Shown here: in pieces, positions 14,792 through 24,000 of the stretch | Layout of the letters: each line of letters opens with the position of its first letter | How positions within the stretch are numbered: position 1 is the stretch's first letter | Assembly: GCF_023238205.1 (NCBI RefSeq) | Contig: NZ_CP096659.1 | Coordinates: 1,791,626-1,815,625 of the forward strand | Source: Halorussus limi | GTDB lineage: Archaea > Halobacteriota > Halobacteria > Halobacteriales > Haladaptataceae | Direction: 5' to 3' | Length of the DNA stretch: 24,000 nucleotides | Position numbers and translations under genes: made by a program | The notes under the pieces: model-generated | What the model was told of the DNA's origin: nothing | Database searches by the model: none | What the model saw: the letters and a program-made list of their open reading frames with translations, nothing else

Positions 14792-15250
14792 ATGAGCGAC
14801 TTCCTTGCCTTCGTCGCACTCCTGTGGTTCATCCTCGCGGTCGCAGTAGCGTTCCACGCAACGGGTCACGACCGGAGCGGACTGCTCTGGTTCGTTATCG
14901 TGTTTCTCACAGGCATCTTTGGCGTCGTGTTCTACCTGCTGGCGATTACCAGCGGGTCGCCAAACGAATCCACCGAACACATCCCCGACAGTGGCCCGAC
15001 AGCTCGCGACTTCGAGCAACGAGTCCGCAATCAGGAAGCCCTGTTTCTCGTCGTCGAGGAACACCTCCGTAACCACGGCGTCGTCACGAAGACAGGATTT
15101 CAGAACACGATTTACCCTAAACACCCGGTCGGGTACGAGTCCGAGAGCAACTGGTGGAACGAGTTCCTGCTTCCCGAACTCGAAAGCAGGGAGCAGTTCG
15201 AGCGGATGGACGGTATCGAAAACGGCTGGAAACTGGCGAACGACGACTAA
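14792..15250 (+). CDS. Membrane protein with two N-terminal TM helices, unknown function
   Basis: 'MSDFLAFVALLWFILAVAVAFHATGHDRSGLLWFVIVFLTGIFGVVFYLLAI'; ATG at 14792 in frame with the track ORF 14702-15250. Confidence 0.65.
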   Translation: MSDFLAFVALLWFILAVAVAFHATGHDRSGLLWFVIVFLTGIFGVVFYLLAITSGSPNESTEHIPDSGPTARDFEQRVRNQEALFLVVEEHLRNHGVVTKTGFQNTIYPKHPVGYESESNWWNEFLLPELESREQFERMDGIENGWKLANDD

Positions 15251-15302
15251 TTGCGAAATACATCACGCCGTGGGGTGTCCGTCGGCGGGTCGGGCTATCG
15301 CG

Positions 15303-17861
15303 TCACTCCGAGTTCAGGCCGGTTCTAAAGCGCGTGAACACGTTCCCCAGACCCTTCGTTCCGCTTCCGCGGCCGTTGCCCACTCGGGACCGCCCCGGCG
15401 TGAGCGGGGAGTCGGTGACGCTCCCGGTCCGCTCGACCGACAGCGTCGCCTTCGGACCGTCCCGCCCGACGGTGAGTTCGTAGTCGCCCGCCTCGACGAC
15501 TTTCGGTCGGAGCGCCAGCACGTCGTCGGGGACGACTTCGAGCGCCGAGAGGTAGAGGTCGACTTCGACGCGTTTCGTCTCCCCGGCGTCGAGCGACACG
15601 CGCTCGAAGCCCAGCAGTCGGCGCTTGGGCTGGAGGACCGACCCGTACGACTGGGTGTTGTACACCTCGACGACGTGGTCTCCCGCGACGTTGCCCGCGT
15701 TGGTAACGTCCACGCGAACCGTGGCGCTCGACTGCTTCGACGGGTCCGAGACGCTCCCCGGCGACACCGACGCGTTTCCGTACTCGAAGTCGGCGTACGA
15801 GAGGCCGTGGCCGAACTCGTACAGCGCCGTGTTGTCGCTCCCGCCCGTGCTCGTCGGCGGCGCGCGGTCGTACTGGACCGGCACGGTCCCGACGTTCCGA
15901 GGCCAACTGAACGCGAGTTTGCCCGACGGGTTGTACGCTCCGACGAGCGTGTCGGCGATGGCGACCCCGCCGTCGCTACCGGGCTGGCCCGCGAACAGGA
16001 GCGCGTCGAGAGCGTCGTGGGTCTCGGGCGACCCTAACGGGCTTCCGGCCAGCATGACGCCGACCACGGGCGTGTCGTCTCCGGTCTCCTCGTTCACGAC
16101 GCTCAGAAGTTCCCGCTGGGCGTCGTCGAGTTCGAGGTCGTCTCGGTCGCCGAACCCCTCGTTGTGGGGCCCCTCGCCGAGGACGACCACGACCGCGTCG
16201 GAGTCGGGCGCCGCCGACCGCACGTTCCGCTCCTGCTCGTCGGTGAAGTCGAAGTTCCCGTTCGCGTCGGTCTGGTCGCCCGACCACCAGCGTTCGTTGT
16301 CGAACGACGTCGGGACGTGCGTGACGCTCGAGAACCGGTCGCGGAGTTCGTCGGCGACGAGGGTCTGGCGCGGGAACGGCCCGCCGCCGCTCGGCCCCTG
16401 CCAGCCGAGCGTCCACCCGCCGTGTTGCATCAGCGGCCGGGTGTTGTTGCCGTTCCCGTCGACCCCGGGTCCGGTCAGCAGGACGTCCTCGCTCCCCGAC
16501 AGCGGGAGTACGTCGCCCTCGTTCTTGAGCAGGACGAGCGACTCCTTGGCGAGTCGCTCGGAGGTCTCTCGTGCCCCGCCGAGCGTCTCCGACAGCCGCG
16601 ACTCGTCGACGGTGGGTCGGTCGAACAGTCCGAGGTCGGCCTTGAGCGCGAGAATTCGTCTGACGGCGTCGTCGATGCGCTTGCGCTTGATTTCGCCGCC
16701 TCGAACGAGGTCGACGACGGTTTCGATGAACTCGACCGGGCCGGGCGCGTCGCCGCCGTTTCCGATCATGTACATGTCGACGCCGGCGTTGATGACCTCC
16801 TTGGTCGCCTCCCGGAAGTCGGGCGCGTAGTCGTGGTTGGTCATCAGGCGGTGGATGTCGTCGTAGTCGGAGATGATGACGCCCTCGAACCCGTAGGCCT
16901 CGCGCAGCACCCGCGTCAGCAACCAACTCGACGCGTGGGCCGGTTTCCCGTTGACGGCACCGCTGTTGACCATCACCGTCCCCGGACCGGCGTCGAGCGC
17001 GCTGCGGTACGGCGGCAGGACGTTCGTCCGGAGGTCGCGAAGCGACGTGTCGGCGGGCGCCCTGTCGTTGCCGTTGTTGGGAATCGAGTACCCGGCGAAG
17101 TGCTTGACCGTGGAGGTCAGGCGGTCGGCGCTCTCCAAGGCCTCCACGCGGGCGCGGGACACCTCGCCCTCGATGAGCGGGTCCTCGCTGATTCCCTCGT
17201 AGAACCGGCCCCAGCGGGGGTCGCGCTGGAGGTCGGTCGTCGGTGCGAACGTCCAGTGGGCGCCCATCGCCGCCGTGGACTCGGCGGTGTGTTTCTCGGC
17301 TTCCTTCACCAGGTCGACATCCCGGGCCGCGCCCATGTTCAACCGCTGGGGGAGCGACGTCGCCCCTTCGAGCAGTCCGTTGCCGTGGGTGGCGTCGACG
17401 CCCCAGAGGAACGGGATATCGTGGGGCGCGTTCTCCAGGTTGTACTCCTGAAGCGCGTTGATGCCCTTCACGACCGCGTCCCCGTCGAACGACGGCGGTT
17501 TCGCGCCGCCCGAGAGGATGCTCCCGACGCCGAGTTCGCTGAAGTACGCGCCGACCGTGTCGACGCCGAAACTGTCCGGAACGTTCGGTTCGTCGGGTTC
17601 GGGGTCGAACGAACTGACCGCCACCTGCGTCATCTGGGCGACCTTCTGCTCGAGCGTGAGGTCCCGGAGGTACTTCTCGACGTTCACGCCGGTGCGAGCG
17701 GCGACCTGCTCCGCGCTCGCACCCATCGCCGCGCTCCCCGCGGCGGCCCCCGCGGCCTTCATGAACGTCCGTCGGGATGCCTTCGTCGGCGGCGCGTCCT
17801 CACTCGCCGAGCGTCGAGAGTCGTTCTGTTCACTTTCGGTGTCGTCGGAATACTCGGACAT
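15303..17861 (-). CDS. Glycoside hydrolase family 3 protein (beta-glucosidase-like), Tat-exported
   Basis: Tat motif 'SRRTFMKAAGAAAGSAAMG'; GH3 features 'GVDATHGNGLLEGATSLPQRLNMGAARD', 'GVIISDYDDI', 'AKESLVLLKNEGDVLPL', C-terminal fibronectin III-like region. Confidence 0.92.
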   Translation of the reverse strand: MSEYSDDTESEQNDSRRSASEDAPPTKASRRTFMKAAGAAAGSAAMGASAEQVAARTGVNVEKYLRDLTLEQKVAQMTQVAVSSFDPEPDEPNVPDSFGVDTVGAYFSELGVGSILSGGAKPPSFDGDAVVKGINALQEYNLENAPHDIPFLWGVDATHGNGLLEGATSLPQRLNMGAARDVDLVKEAEKHTAESTAAMGAHWTFAPTTDLQRDPRWGRFYEGISEDPLIEGEVSRARVEALESADRLTSTVKHFAGYSIPNNGNDRAPADTSLRDLRTNVLPPYRSALDAGPGTVMVNSGAVNGKPAHASSWLLTRVLREAYGFEGVIISDYDDIHRLMTNHDYAPDFREATKEVINAGVDMYMIGNGGDAPGPVEFIETVVDLVRGGEIKRKRIDDAVRRILALKADLGLFDRPTVDESRLSETLGGARETSERLAKESLVLLKNEGDVLPLSGSEDVLLTGPGVDGNGNNTRPLMQHGGWTLGWQGPSGGGPFPRQTLVADELRDRFSSVTHVPTSFDNERWWSGDQTDANGNFDFTDEQERNVRSAAPDSDAVVVVLGEGPHNEGFGDRDDLELDDAQRELLSVVNEETGDDTPVVGVMLAGSPLGSPETHDALDALLFAGQPGSDGGVAIADTLVGAYNPSGKLAFSWPRNVGTVPVQYDRAPPTSTGGSDNTALYEFGHGLSYADFEYGNASVSPGSVSDPSKQSSATVRVDVTNAGNVAGDHVVEVYNTQSYGSVLQPKRRLLGFERVSLDAGETKRVEVDLYLSALEVVPDDVLALRPKVVEAGDYELTVGRDGPKATLSVERTGSVTDSPLTPGRSRVGNGRGSGTKGLGNVFTRFRTGLNSE

Positions 17862-18058
17862 ACAGTATTAATCAATAAACACTCGAACACGAATTAATAT
17901 TTTGTAACTAAATGTGATACGAAACGGTCGCGGAGCGAACCTCGCCCGAACCGCTCCCCCGGTCGCGAGCGCGATGACTGGCGGGTCTGGACGGCGTCAG
18001 ACGAGCGTCATACGCCGAAACACAGGGTTTACCACGGATGAACGTAAGGAACAGCACA

Positions 18059-19096
18059 ATGAGTATCAGGTGTTCGCTCCTCGGCCACAGCTACGGGGAC
18101 GCAGAAATCGAACGGGAACGCGAGGAGCAGGGAAGCGAAGTCGTGGTCACGGTCAGGGAGTTCGAGGAGTGCGAACGGTGCGGCGAGCGCAAGATAGTGA
18201 CCGAGAACAAGGAGGTCACCGCGCTCCAGTCGCCAGCGCCCGACCTCGAATCCGCCGAGTCCGACTCCGGGATGGGGTCCCGGTCCGGCGAGTCGGGGGC
18301 GACCGGCGCGACCGGACCGAGCGCGGGCGCGACGACCGACGCGACCGTGGGCGTCGAGACCGGTGGGGCAACCGACGCCGAAGTCACCGCGGCGGGCGAG
18401 GACGACGCCGAAATCATGACCGACTCGACCGACTCCGGGGGCGCGTCCGCCTCGTCGTCGGGCGGGTCGGCGTCCGGCGGGGCGTCCGCGGCGGACGCGT
18501 CGACCGGGTCCGCGTCGAGCGACACCGCCGAGACCGGGGGCGAGGCGGCCACCGCCGAGGGCGACTTCGAGCAGGCCCCGTCGGCCGCGGACGACGACGG
18601 CGTCATCTTGGACGACGACGCCGAGAGCGACGCCGAGAGTCGCACGCCCGGTGAGTGGCCCGAGGCCGAGACGACCCATCCGGCCGAGACCGACGAGGGT
18701 CCCGGCGAGTGGCCCGCGGTCGGCCGCGAGGACGAAGACGAGGGGTACGACGCCGACCCCGACGGTTCCGGGAGCGCGGACGTGGAGTTCGGCGGCGGAC
18801 TGACCCCCGAGTCCGCGCCCGGGGTGGACGACGGCGAGACCGAGGAAGTCGAGTTCGTCAACGCCGAGGGCGACGCGCTCCAGTCGAAAGACGCCGGCGA
18901 GAACGGCGGCCAACTCTCGTCGGGCATCTCGGCCGGCGCGGACGCGCCCTCGCTGTCGGGGCCGGCCGACGACCCCGACGTGGACGCCGAGTTCGTCTGC
19001 CCCGAGTGCGACTACAGACAGGACGTGGCCGGGTCGTCGCTCCGGGCGGGCGACATCTGCCCCGAGTGCGCGAGGGGCTACCTCGCACAGGAGTAG
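18059..19096 (+). CDS. Haloarchaeal protein with N-terminal Cys pair and C-terminal zinc ribbon separated by an acidic linker
   Basis: 'MSIRCSLLGHSYGDAEIERE...FEECERCGERKIVTE' and 'FVCPECDYRQDVAGSSLRAGDICPECARGYL'. Confidence 0.75.
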   Translation: MSIRCSLLGHSYGDAEIEREREEQGSEVVVTVREFEECERCGERKIVTENKEVTALQSPAPDLESAESDSGMGSRSGESGATGATGPSAGATTDATVGVETGGATDAEVTAAGEDDAEIMTDSTDSGGASASSSGGSASGGASAADASTGSASSDTAETGGEAATAEGDFEQAPSAADDDGVILDDDAESDAESRTPGEWPEAETTHPAETDEGPGEWPAVGREDEDEGYDADPDGSGSADVEFGGGLTPESAPGVDDGETEEVEFVNAEGDALQSKDAGENGGQLSSGISAGADAPSLSGPADDPDVDAEFVCPECDYRQDVAGSSLRAGDICPECARGYLAQE

Positions 19097-19186
19097 GGAG
19101 ACGGATTAAACGGGACGAAGCGTCGGATTCAAGAGGAAGAACGACGCGAAAAGGGTTTACCACACCCTGTCCAAAGGGAGATTACC

Positions 19187-19582
19187 ATGAAGGAATACAA
19201 GATGCGACGCGGCGAACATCTGGAGGACCGCATCCCGGACATGGAGGCGAAAGTCGAGGAGTACTTCGGCGAAGTCACCGGAACCGAGGAGCACAACGGC
19301 CACGACCTCTACGTCGTCGAGGACCCCGACAACCCGGTCTTCGACCGCATCCTCGCGGGCGTCGCCGAGTACAGCGGCAAGAAGGACAAACTCGCCGTCC
19401 ACTTCGAGGAGCGCGACGCCGAGGAGGTCATCGCCGAGGGCCACGCCGACGCCGCCGCCGACGCCGTGGACAAGAAGAACGACTTCCTGCTCGAAGCCAC
19501 GGGCCGCGACGCCAAGGCCCGCCGCGAGTCGATGAAGCGGCAGGTCGAGGACGACGCCGAGAAACCCGACGGCGTCTCGTAA
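19187..19582 (+). CDS. DUF5611-like small acidic haloarchaeal protein
   Basis: 'MKEYKMRRGEHLEDRIPDMEAKVEEYFGEV...'; compact ORF with acidic composition. Confidence 0.7.
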   Translation: MKEYKMRRGEHLEDRIPDMEAKVEEYFGEVTGTEEHNGHDLYVVEDPDNPVFDRILAGVAEYSGKKDKLAVHFEERDAEEVIAEGHADAAADAVDKKNDFLLEATGRDAKARRESMKRQVEDDAEKPDGVS

Positions 19583-19654
19583 CCGGCCGGTCGGGGATGT
19601 CACTACTTCCTTCTCTTCGATAGCGTTACCTCGCGGCGAACGCTATCTCGACCG

Positions 19655-20068
19655 ATGAACTACGAACTCCGCGAAGCGACGCCCTCGCCCGACGAGTACG
19701 TCGCTCTCCGCGAGGCGGCCGGCATGGGACAGCGGTCCGAAGCGGCCGCCCGGCGCGGCTTGCCGAACAGCCTCCACGCCGTCACGGCCGTCGCGTCGGC
19801 GACCGACCGAGTCGTCGGCATGGGCCGCCTCGTCGGCGACGGCGGGTGCTTCTATCAGATAGTCGACGTTGCGGTCCATCCGGACCATCAGGGCGTCGGT
19901 CTCGAAACGAGAGTGGTGTCGAACCTCCTCGACTACCTCCGGGAGAACGCGCTCGACTCGGCGTACGTGAGCCTGATAGCCGACGTGGACGACTTCTACG
20001 ACCGATTCGGGTTCGAGGCGACGGCCCCCGAATCGAAGGGCATGGCGCTGTCGGTCGGAGACCTGTAG
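19655..20068 (+). CDS. GNAT family N-acetyltransferase
   Basis: 'VVGMGRLVGDGGCFYQIVDVAVHPDHQGVGLETRVVSNLLDYL' acetyl-CoA binding motif A. Confidence 0.9.
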   Translation: MNYELREATPSPDEYVALREAAGMGQRSEAAARRGLPNSLHAVTAVASATDRVVGMGRLVGDGGCFYQIVDVAVHPDHQGVGLETRVVSNLLDYLRENALDSAYVSLIADVDDFYDRFGFEATAPESKGMALSVGDL

Positions 20069-20101
20069 CGAGAGAGACCGGAACGGACGCGGAGGACGCG
20101 C

Positions 20102-20461
20102 TCAGAAGTGGTCGCTGTTCGGCGACCCCTCGCCGCGGCCGCCGCGGCCGCCCTCGTTGCGGTCGATGCCCATCACGCTCTCGGGTTGGTCGATGTCCCA
20201 CCCGCTGGTGCCGTCCTCGGCGACCCGGACGGTCACGTCCTCGACCTCCTCGAAGTCCTTGGCGAGGTCGAGTTTGATGTTCTGGGCCGTCCGGGGGCTG
20301 ATGGCACACCCCGAGCAGGCGCCGCCCAACTCGACGACGACCTCGCCGCTGTCGGGGTCGGCCGTCTGGACGGCGCTCTCGCCGCCGTGCATGCTGATGA
20401 TGGGCATCTGCCCCGTCAACCACCGCTCGACGCGGTCCTTCAGCGAGTCGTCGTCGGTCAT
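20102..20461 (-). CDS. NifU C-terminal-like Fe-S scaffold protein
   Basis: 'MHGGESAVQTADPDSGEVVVELGGACSGCAISPRTAQNIKLDL' with CxxC; likely start MTDDDSLKDRVERWL. Confidence 0.85.
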   Translation of the reverse strand: MTDDDSLKDRVERWLTGQMPIISMHGGESAVQTADPDSGEVVVELGGACSGCAISPRTAQNIKLDLAKDFEEVEDVTVRVAEDGTSGWDIDQPESVMGIDRNEGGRGGRGEGSPNSDHF

Positions 20462-20502
20462 GGTGTAGATGTAGGGTCCGGAGGGGTCGTAGGACTTTGG
20501 GT

Positions 20503-22002
20503 TTATTTCCGGACCCGTCGCCACGCGCCGGCCCCGAGGAGCGCCGCGATTCCGGCGGGGACGCCGAAACCGGGCACTTCGCCGGAGGCCGAGTCGTCGG
20601 ACTCGGTGGTCGCGTCGTCGAGGGCGGCCTCTCCGGTGGTCGCGCTCGTCGTTTCGGTCGTCGCTTCGCCGGTCGTCGTTTCGGTTGCCGTTCCACCGGT
20701 CGTCGTTTCGGTCGCCGTTTCGCCGGTCGTCGTCAGCGACGGCGGGTCCTTCTGTGGGCTGTTGGTGGCGTCCTCTATCGGGAAGGTGTAGAGACCGCCC
20801 TTCCCGTTCGAGCGCCGACCCATGCTACTGGCGACGAAGAACCCGTCGGTCGCGCGCTTGGCGGTCCAGAACGAGGTCTCGTCGGGCATGCGCCACCACG
20901 CCAACTGCTCGGGGTTGGCGGGGTCGGAGATGTCGTGAATCTTCACGCCGCCCTGATACCACGACGTGAACAGGCGGTCGCCCACGATGTCGAAGTTGTG
21001 CGAGGTGGTCCACGTCCCGCCGATGGAGGGGTCGGGCGACGCCGGGGCGTCGATGGTGGCGAGTTTGGTCGGACGCGTCTCGTCCGAGATGTCCCAGAGT
21101 TCCAGACCGCCGGGTCCGCCCCGCTCGCTGGCCTGCCACGCCTCCTTGTTGACGCCGAGGAGATTCCCGTCGTCGCTGGCCATCGCGTAGTGGGCGTTGC
21201 CCGGCAGGCGGAGGACCTCGGTCCGGACGCTGTCGCTCGGAATCGACTGGAGTTCGTCGAGCGGTCTGCCGCCGATTCGCGCCACGAAACTCGGACTCGC
21301 GGGGTCGCTCACGTCCACGAGGTAGGTTCCGGCGTCCCAGTGAGAGAGGTACGCCCGGCCCTTCTGGACCCACACGTCGTGAATCGTCCAGACGCTCGTC
21401 GGCACCTCGTTCCACCCCGGCCGCCGGTCGGCGGGCGACCACCGACCGACCTCCTCGGGACTGTCCCCGCTCACGTCCACCATCACGAGCGCGTTCGTCT
21501 CGCCCTGATTCCCGGTCAGGTAGACGATTCCGTCCCGAACGAAGCAGTTGTGAATCGGGAACTGCGTCTCGTGGAACGCGACCTGCGTCGGGTTCGCCGG
21601 GTCGCTCACGTCGAAGAGCGCGAACCCCTGCAACACGTCGCCCTGCATCGGATTCGCGGGCCCCGCGGCGACCAGACGGTCGCCCTCGACCTTCACGTCC
21701 TGAATCATGCGGAGCGGCCCGGTCTCGCGGTCGGCCAACAGGCCAGCGCGTTCGGCGACCACCGTGGGGTCGCTCGGAATCTGCACGTCCACGACCGCGA
21801 ACCCGTCCATCGTGGCGACGTAGGCGAACTTTCCGCTCCGGTCGGGAACCGCCTCCTTCGCGTTCGCTATCGAGACGCTCCCCAGCGGCCGGTACGGTCC
21901 CGGATGCGCCGTCGTCGTCTCCGCCGCCATCCCCGCTCCGACTCCGGCGGAAGCGAGCGCGACCGACCCCGAAACCCCCCGCAGAAACTCGCGCCGATGC
22001 AT
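20503..22002 (-). CDS. LVIVD-repeat beta-propeller-like secreted protein with Tat signal and PGF-CTERM tail
   Basis: 'MHRREFLRGVSGSVALASAG' Tat signal; repeats such as 'LFDVSDPANPTQVAF', 'LVDVSDPASPSFVARI', 'IHDISDPANPEQLAW'; Thr-rich linker then 'VPGFGVPAGIAALLGAGAWRRVRK'. Confidence 0.85.
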   Translation of the reverse strand: MHRREFLRGVSGSVALASAGVGAGMAAETTTAHPGPYRPLGSVSIANAKEAVPDRSGKFAYVATMDGFAVVDVQIPSDPTVVAERAGLLADRETGPLRMIQDVKVEGDRLVAAGPANPMQGDVLQGFALFDVSDPANPTQVAFHETQFPIHNCFVRDGIVYLTGNQGETNALVMVDVSGDSPEEVGRWSPADRRPGWNEVPTSVWTIHDVWVQKGRAYLSHWDAGTYLVDVSDPASPSFVARIGGRPLDELQSIPSDSVRTEVLRLPGNAHYAMASDDGNLLGVNKEAWQASERGGPGGLELWDISDETRPTKLATIDAPASPDPSIGGTWTTSHNFDIVGDRLFTSWYQGGVKIHDISDPANPEQLAWWRMPDETSFWTAKRATDGFFVASSMGRRSNGKGGLYTFPIEDATNSPQKDPPSLTTTGETATETTTGGTATETTTGEATTETTSATTGEAALDDATTESDDSASGEVPGFGVPAGIAALLGAGAWRRVRK

Positions 22003-22050
22003 GGACGGACGAAAGGTCTACAGAAGGATAAAAGGGTGGGCGGACTCGGA

Positions 22051-23028
22051 CTACGCGACCGTATTCGTCCTGTCGCCCGTCCCACCTGTCAGGGCGCTCG
22101 CGATAGCGCCCTTCAGCACCACGTCGTCGCCGAGGTTCGTCAACTGCACGTCGGGGACGTTGTTGAACACGAGTTCGCCGACTCGCTCCCGGATGGGGTC
22201 GACGACCAGCGACTCGTTTTTCAGCGCCACCGCGCCGCCGACGTAGACGACCAGCGGAGCGTACGCCTGCGCGATGTTGGTCACGCCGAGCGCGTTCCAG
22301 TGGGCCACTTGGTCGATGACGTGGTCGGCGAAGTCGTCCTCGCCGGCGGCGTCGAACACGTCCACCGCCGAGAAGTCGGGGTCCGCGAGCGGCAGGTCGG
22401 TGTCGAGGCTTCCGGCGTCCTCCGCGAGCAGTTTGGCGTACTCGGGGATGTTGTTGCCCGAGCAGTACGCCTCCCAGTGGCCCTCCCGGCCGCACCCGCA
22501 GGTGCGTCGGCCCTGCGGGTCCACGACCATGTGGCCCACCTCGCCCGCGTTGCCGTCCCACCCCGAGAGGACTTCGCCGTCCACGCAGACGCCCGCGCCG
22601 ATGCCCGACGAGATGGTCAGATACACCATGTCGTCGGGGTTGCGGTCGCTGTAGTACCGCTCGCCGATGACGCCCGCGATGGTGTCGTTGTGGAGGTAGA
22701 CCGCGTCGCTGTCGATGAGTTGTCCGACGGGACCGGTCAGCGGGATGCGGTCGATGGTGTCCGGGAGGTTCGCCGGGTTCTCGACCGCGCCCTCCGCGAG
22801 GTCCAGCGGTCCGATGGAACCGATGCCCGCGGCCAGAATCTCCTCCGGTTCGATACCGGCGGCCTCGCTGGCCTCCCGGAGGCACTCCAAGACGGCCTCC
22901 GTGACCGCGATGCCCGTGGGACCGTTGGGGGTGTCCGCGCGGTGGACGCTCACCACGTCCCCCTCGTCGTCGGCGACTGCCGCCCTGACGTTCGTCGCGC
23001 CGAGGTCAACGCCCGCGTAGTGCGCCAT
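22051..23028 (-). CDS. ROK family protein (glucokinase-like)
   Basis: 'YAGVDLGATNVRAAVADDEGD', 'GEVGHMVVDPQGRRTCGCGREGHWEAYCSG' ROK signature/zinc motif. Confidence 0.92.
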   Translation of the reverse strand: MAHYAGVDLGATNVRAAVADDEGDVVSVHRADTPNGPTGIAVTEAVLECLREASEAAGIEPEEILAAGIGSIGPLDLAEGAVENPANLPDTIDRIPLTGPVGQLIDSDAVYLHNDTIAGVIGERYYSDRNPDDMVYLTISSGIGAGVCVDGEVLSGWDGNAGEVGHMVVDPQGRRTCGCGREGHWEAYCSGNNIPEYAKLLAEDAGSLDTDLPLADPDFSAVDVFDAAGEDDFADHVIDQVAHWNALGVTNIAQAYAPLVVYVGGAVALKNESLVVDPIRERVGELVFNNVPDVQLTNLGDDVVLKGAIASALTGGTGDRTNTVA

Positions 23029-23147
23029 TCACCCCGGTAGGACGGTCCGGTCTCACTTAACTACAAGCATTTACTCGCCGACGAGTATGCCAGACCGTAG
23101 CGCGGCGGTCGGGGTCGCGACGGGAAAAAATTCGACTCCGACGAAAC

Positions 23148-23597
23148 TCAGTCCCCGCGGACGAACGTCACCGGGCAGGGCGCGTTGAGCATCACCTCTT
23201 GGGCCGTACTCCCGAAGACGGCCTTGCCGGTGGGCGAGCGCTTGCGCCCGCCGACGACCACGCGGTCGGCGTTGACCTCGTTGGCCAAGTCCACGATGGT
23301 CTCGCCGTGCGCGCCCACTCGGCCGCGGACGTTGTACTCGACGCCCGCCTCGTCGAAGGCGTCGGTCAGTTGGCGGACGGTGGCGTGGCGCGCGGCCACC
23401 TCGTCGGGGTCGATTTCGCCGTTCGGGTCGTAGTCGAGTTGGCTGACCACGCCGTCGAACTCCTCGTCGGTGAACACGTGGGCCAACACGACTCGCGCAC
23501 CGGTCGGTCCGGCCACGTCGCTGACTGCACTGGCCAACTCCTCGGTGCGGTCGGCGTCGCCCGGGCCGACCGCCAGCAGGATAGTCTGTAGTGCCAT
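23148..23597 (-). CDS. Universal stress protein (UspA family)
   Basis: 'DRVVVGGRKRSPTGKAVFGSTAQEVMLNAPCPVTFVR' nucleotide-binding Usp C-terminal motif. Confidence 0.92.
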   Translation of the reverse strand: MALQTILLAVGPGDADRTEELASAVSDVAGPTGARVVLAHVFTDEEFDGVVSQLDYDPNGEIDPDEVAARHATVRQLTDAFDEAGVEYNVRGRVGAHGETIVDLANEVNADRVVVGGRKRSPTGKAVFGSTAQEVMLNAPCPVTFVRGD

Positions 23598-23758
23598 ACC
23601 GACACGTCTACCTTCCTGATATTAATGATATGTGGCCGTGGCCGTATTCGCGCCGTCCCGGTCCCCGGTGCGGTCGCTCGCGACTCCTGGGACCGCGGAC
23701 CCTCGAAACGCTCGCCGAATCCTCAACACGGAAATACGACGCCCCCGAATCTCGACCC

Positions 23759-24000
23759 GTGATTCGACCCGACCTGACCGGACGGACCGCGCTCGTGACC
23801 GGGAGCGCGACGGGCGTCGGCCGAGAGTTACTGCTCGCGCTGGCCGACTGCGGCGCGTCGGTGGCGGTCCACTACCGCTCGAGCGGGGAGGCCGCCGCGG
23901 AAGTCGCCGAGGCCGCGCGAGAGCGCGGCGCCCCGGCGGCGACCACCGTGCAGGGAGACGTGACCGACCCCGACGACGTGGACGCGATGTTCGACGCCGC
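23759..24000 (+). CDS. Short-chain dehydrogenase/reductase, truncated by window end
   Basis: Manual translation VIRPDLTGRTALVTGSATGVGRELLLALADCGASVAVHYRSSGEAAAEVAEAARERGAPAATTVQGDVTDPDDVDAMFDA; TGxxxGxG Rossmann motif. Confidence 0.85.
   Translation, partial: MIRPDLTGRTALVTGSATGVGRELLLALADCGASVAVHYRSSGEAAAEVAEAARERGAPAATTVQGDVTDPDDVDAMFDA

Noticed and set aside
14919-17897. Long plus-strand ORFs (14919-16037, 15625-16830, 16164-17897) and minus-strand 15976-16926
   Set aside because: Shadows of the GH3 gene (15303-17861) in GC-rich sequence.
17914-19623. Overlapping Gly/Arg-rich ORFs (17914-18654, 18655-19623, 18029-18913 minus, 18091-18927 minus)
   Set aside because: Out-of-frame translations of the acidic zinc-ribbon gene and the following small acidic gene.
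19782-20791. Minus-strand 304-aa ORF 19782-20696 and plus-strand 20108-20791
   Set aside because: Arg/Pro- or Val/Ala-rich alternate frames over the GNAT and NifU-like genes.
20497-23040. 847-aa plus-strand and 686-aa minus-strand (20825-22885) ORFs
   Set aside because: Alternate-frame ORFs in high-GC DNA over the LVIVD and ROK genes; Arg/Gly-rich compositions typical of artefacts.

Overview
Haloarchaeal-type DNA with two parts. (1) Positions ~1-14492 look like the integrase-proximal part of an integrated plasmid- or virus-like element. Its left end is outside the window. It carries a tyrosine recombinase next to a tRNA 3'-end fragment (att-like site), a coupled RHH + SF2-like helicase/replication module with an adjacent AT-rich candidate origin, a free-standing LAGLIDADG endonuclease, an AlbA_2/Schlafen-like protein, a small HExxH membrane protease, a PRC-barrel protein, and several PD-(D/E)XK-type nuclease genes. 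(2) Positions ~14.5-24 kb look like GC-rich chromosomal backbone: GH3 glycoside hydrolase, Cys-rich zinc-ribbon protein, small acidic protein, GNAT, NifU-like, LVIVD/PGF-CTERM protein, ROK kinase, Usp and a partial SDR. The strongest leads are: a two-gene operon (PD-(D/E)XK nuclease + uncharacterised partner, 11637-13101) in the cargo position beside the integrase; a dispersed ~20-bp motif in four copies that brackets gene blocks (5476, 7175, 10134, 11262); a group-I-intron-endonuclease-like PD-(D/E)XK gene at 4712-5116 that the supplied ORF track misses because of a putative 1-nt frameshift after its ATG; and a tandem-RHH gene translationally coupled to a divergent Cys-rich helicase. All family calls are by eye from motifs. 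No database search was run.
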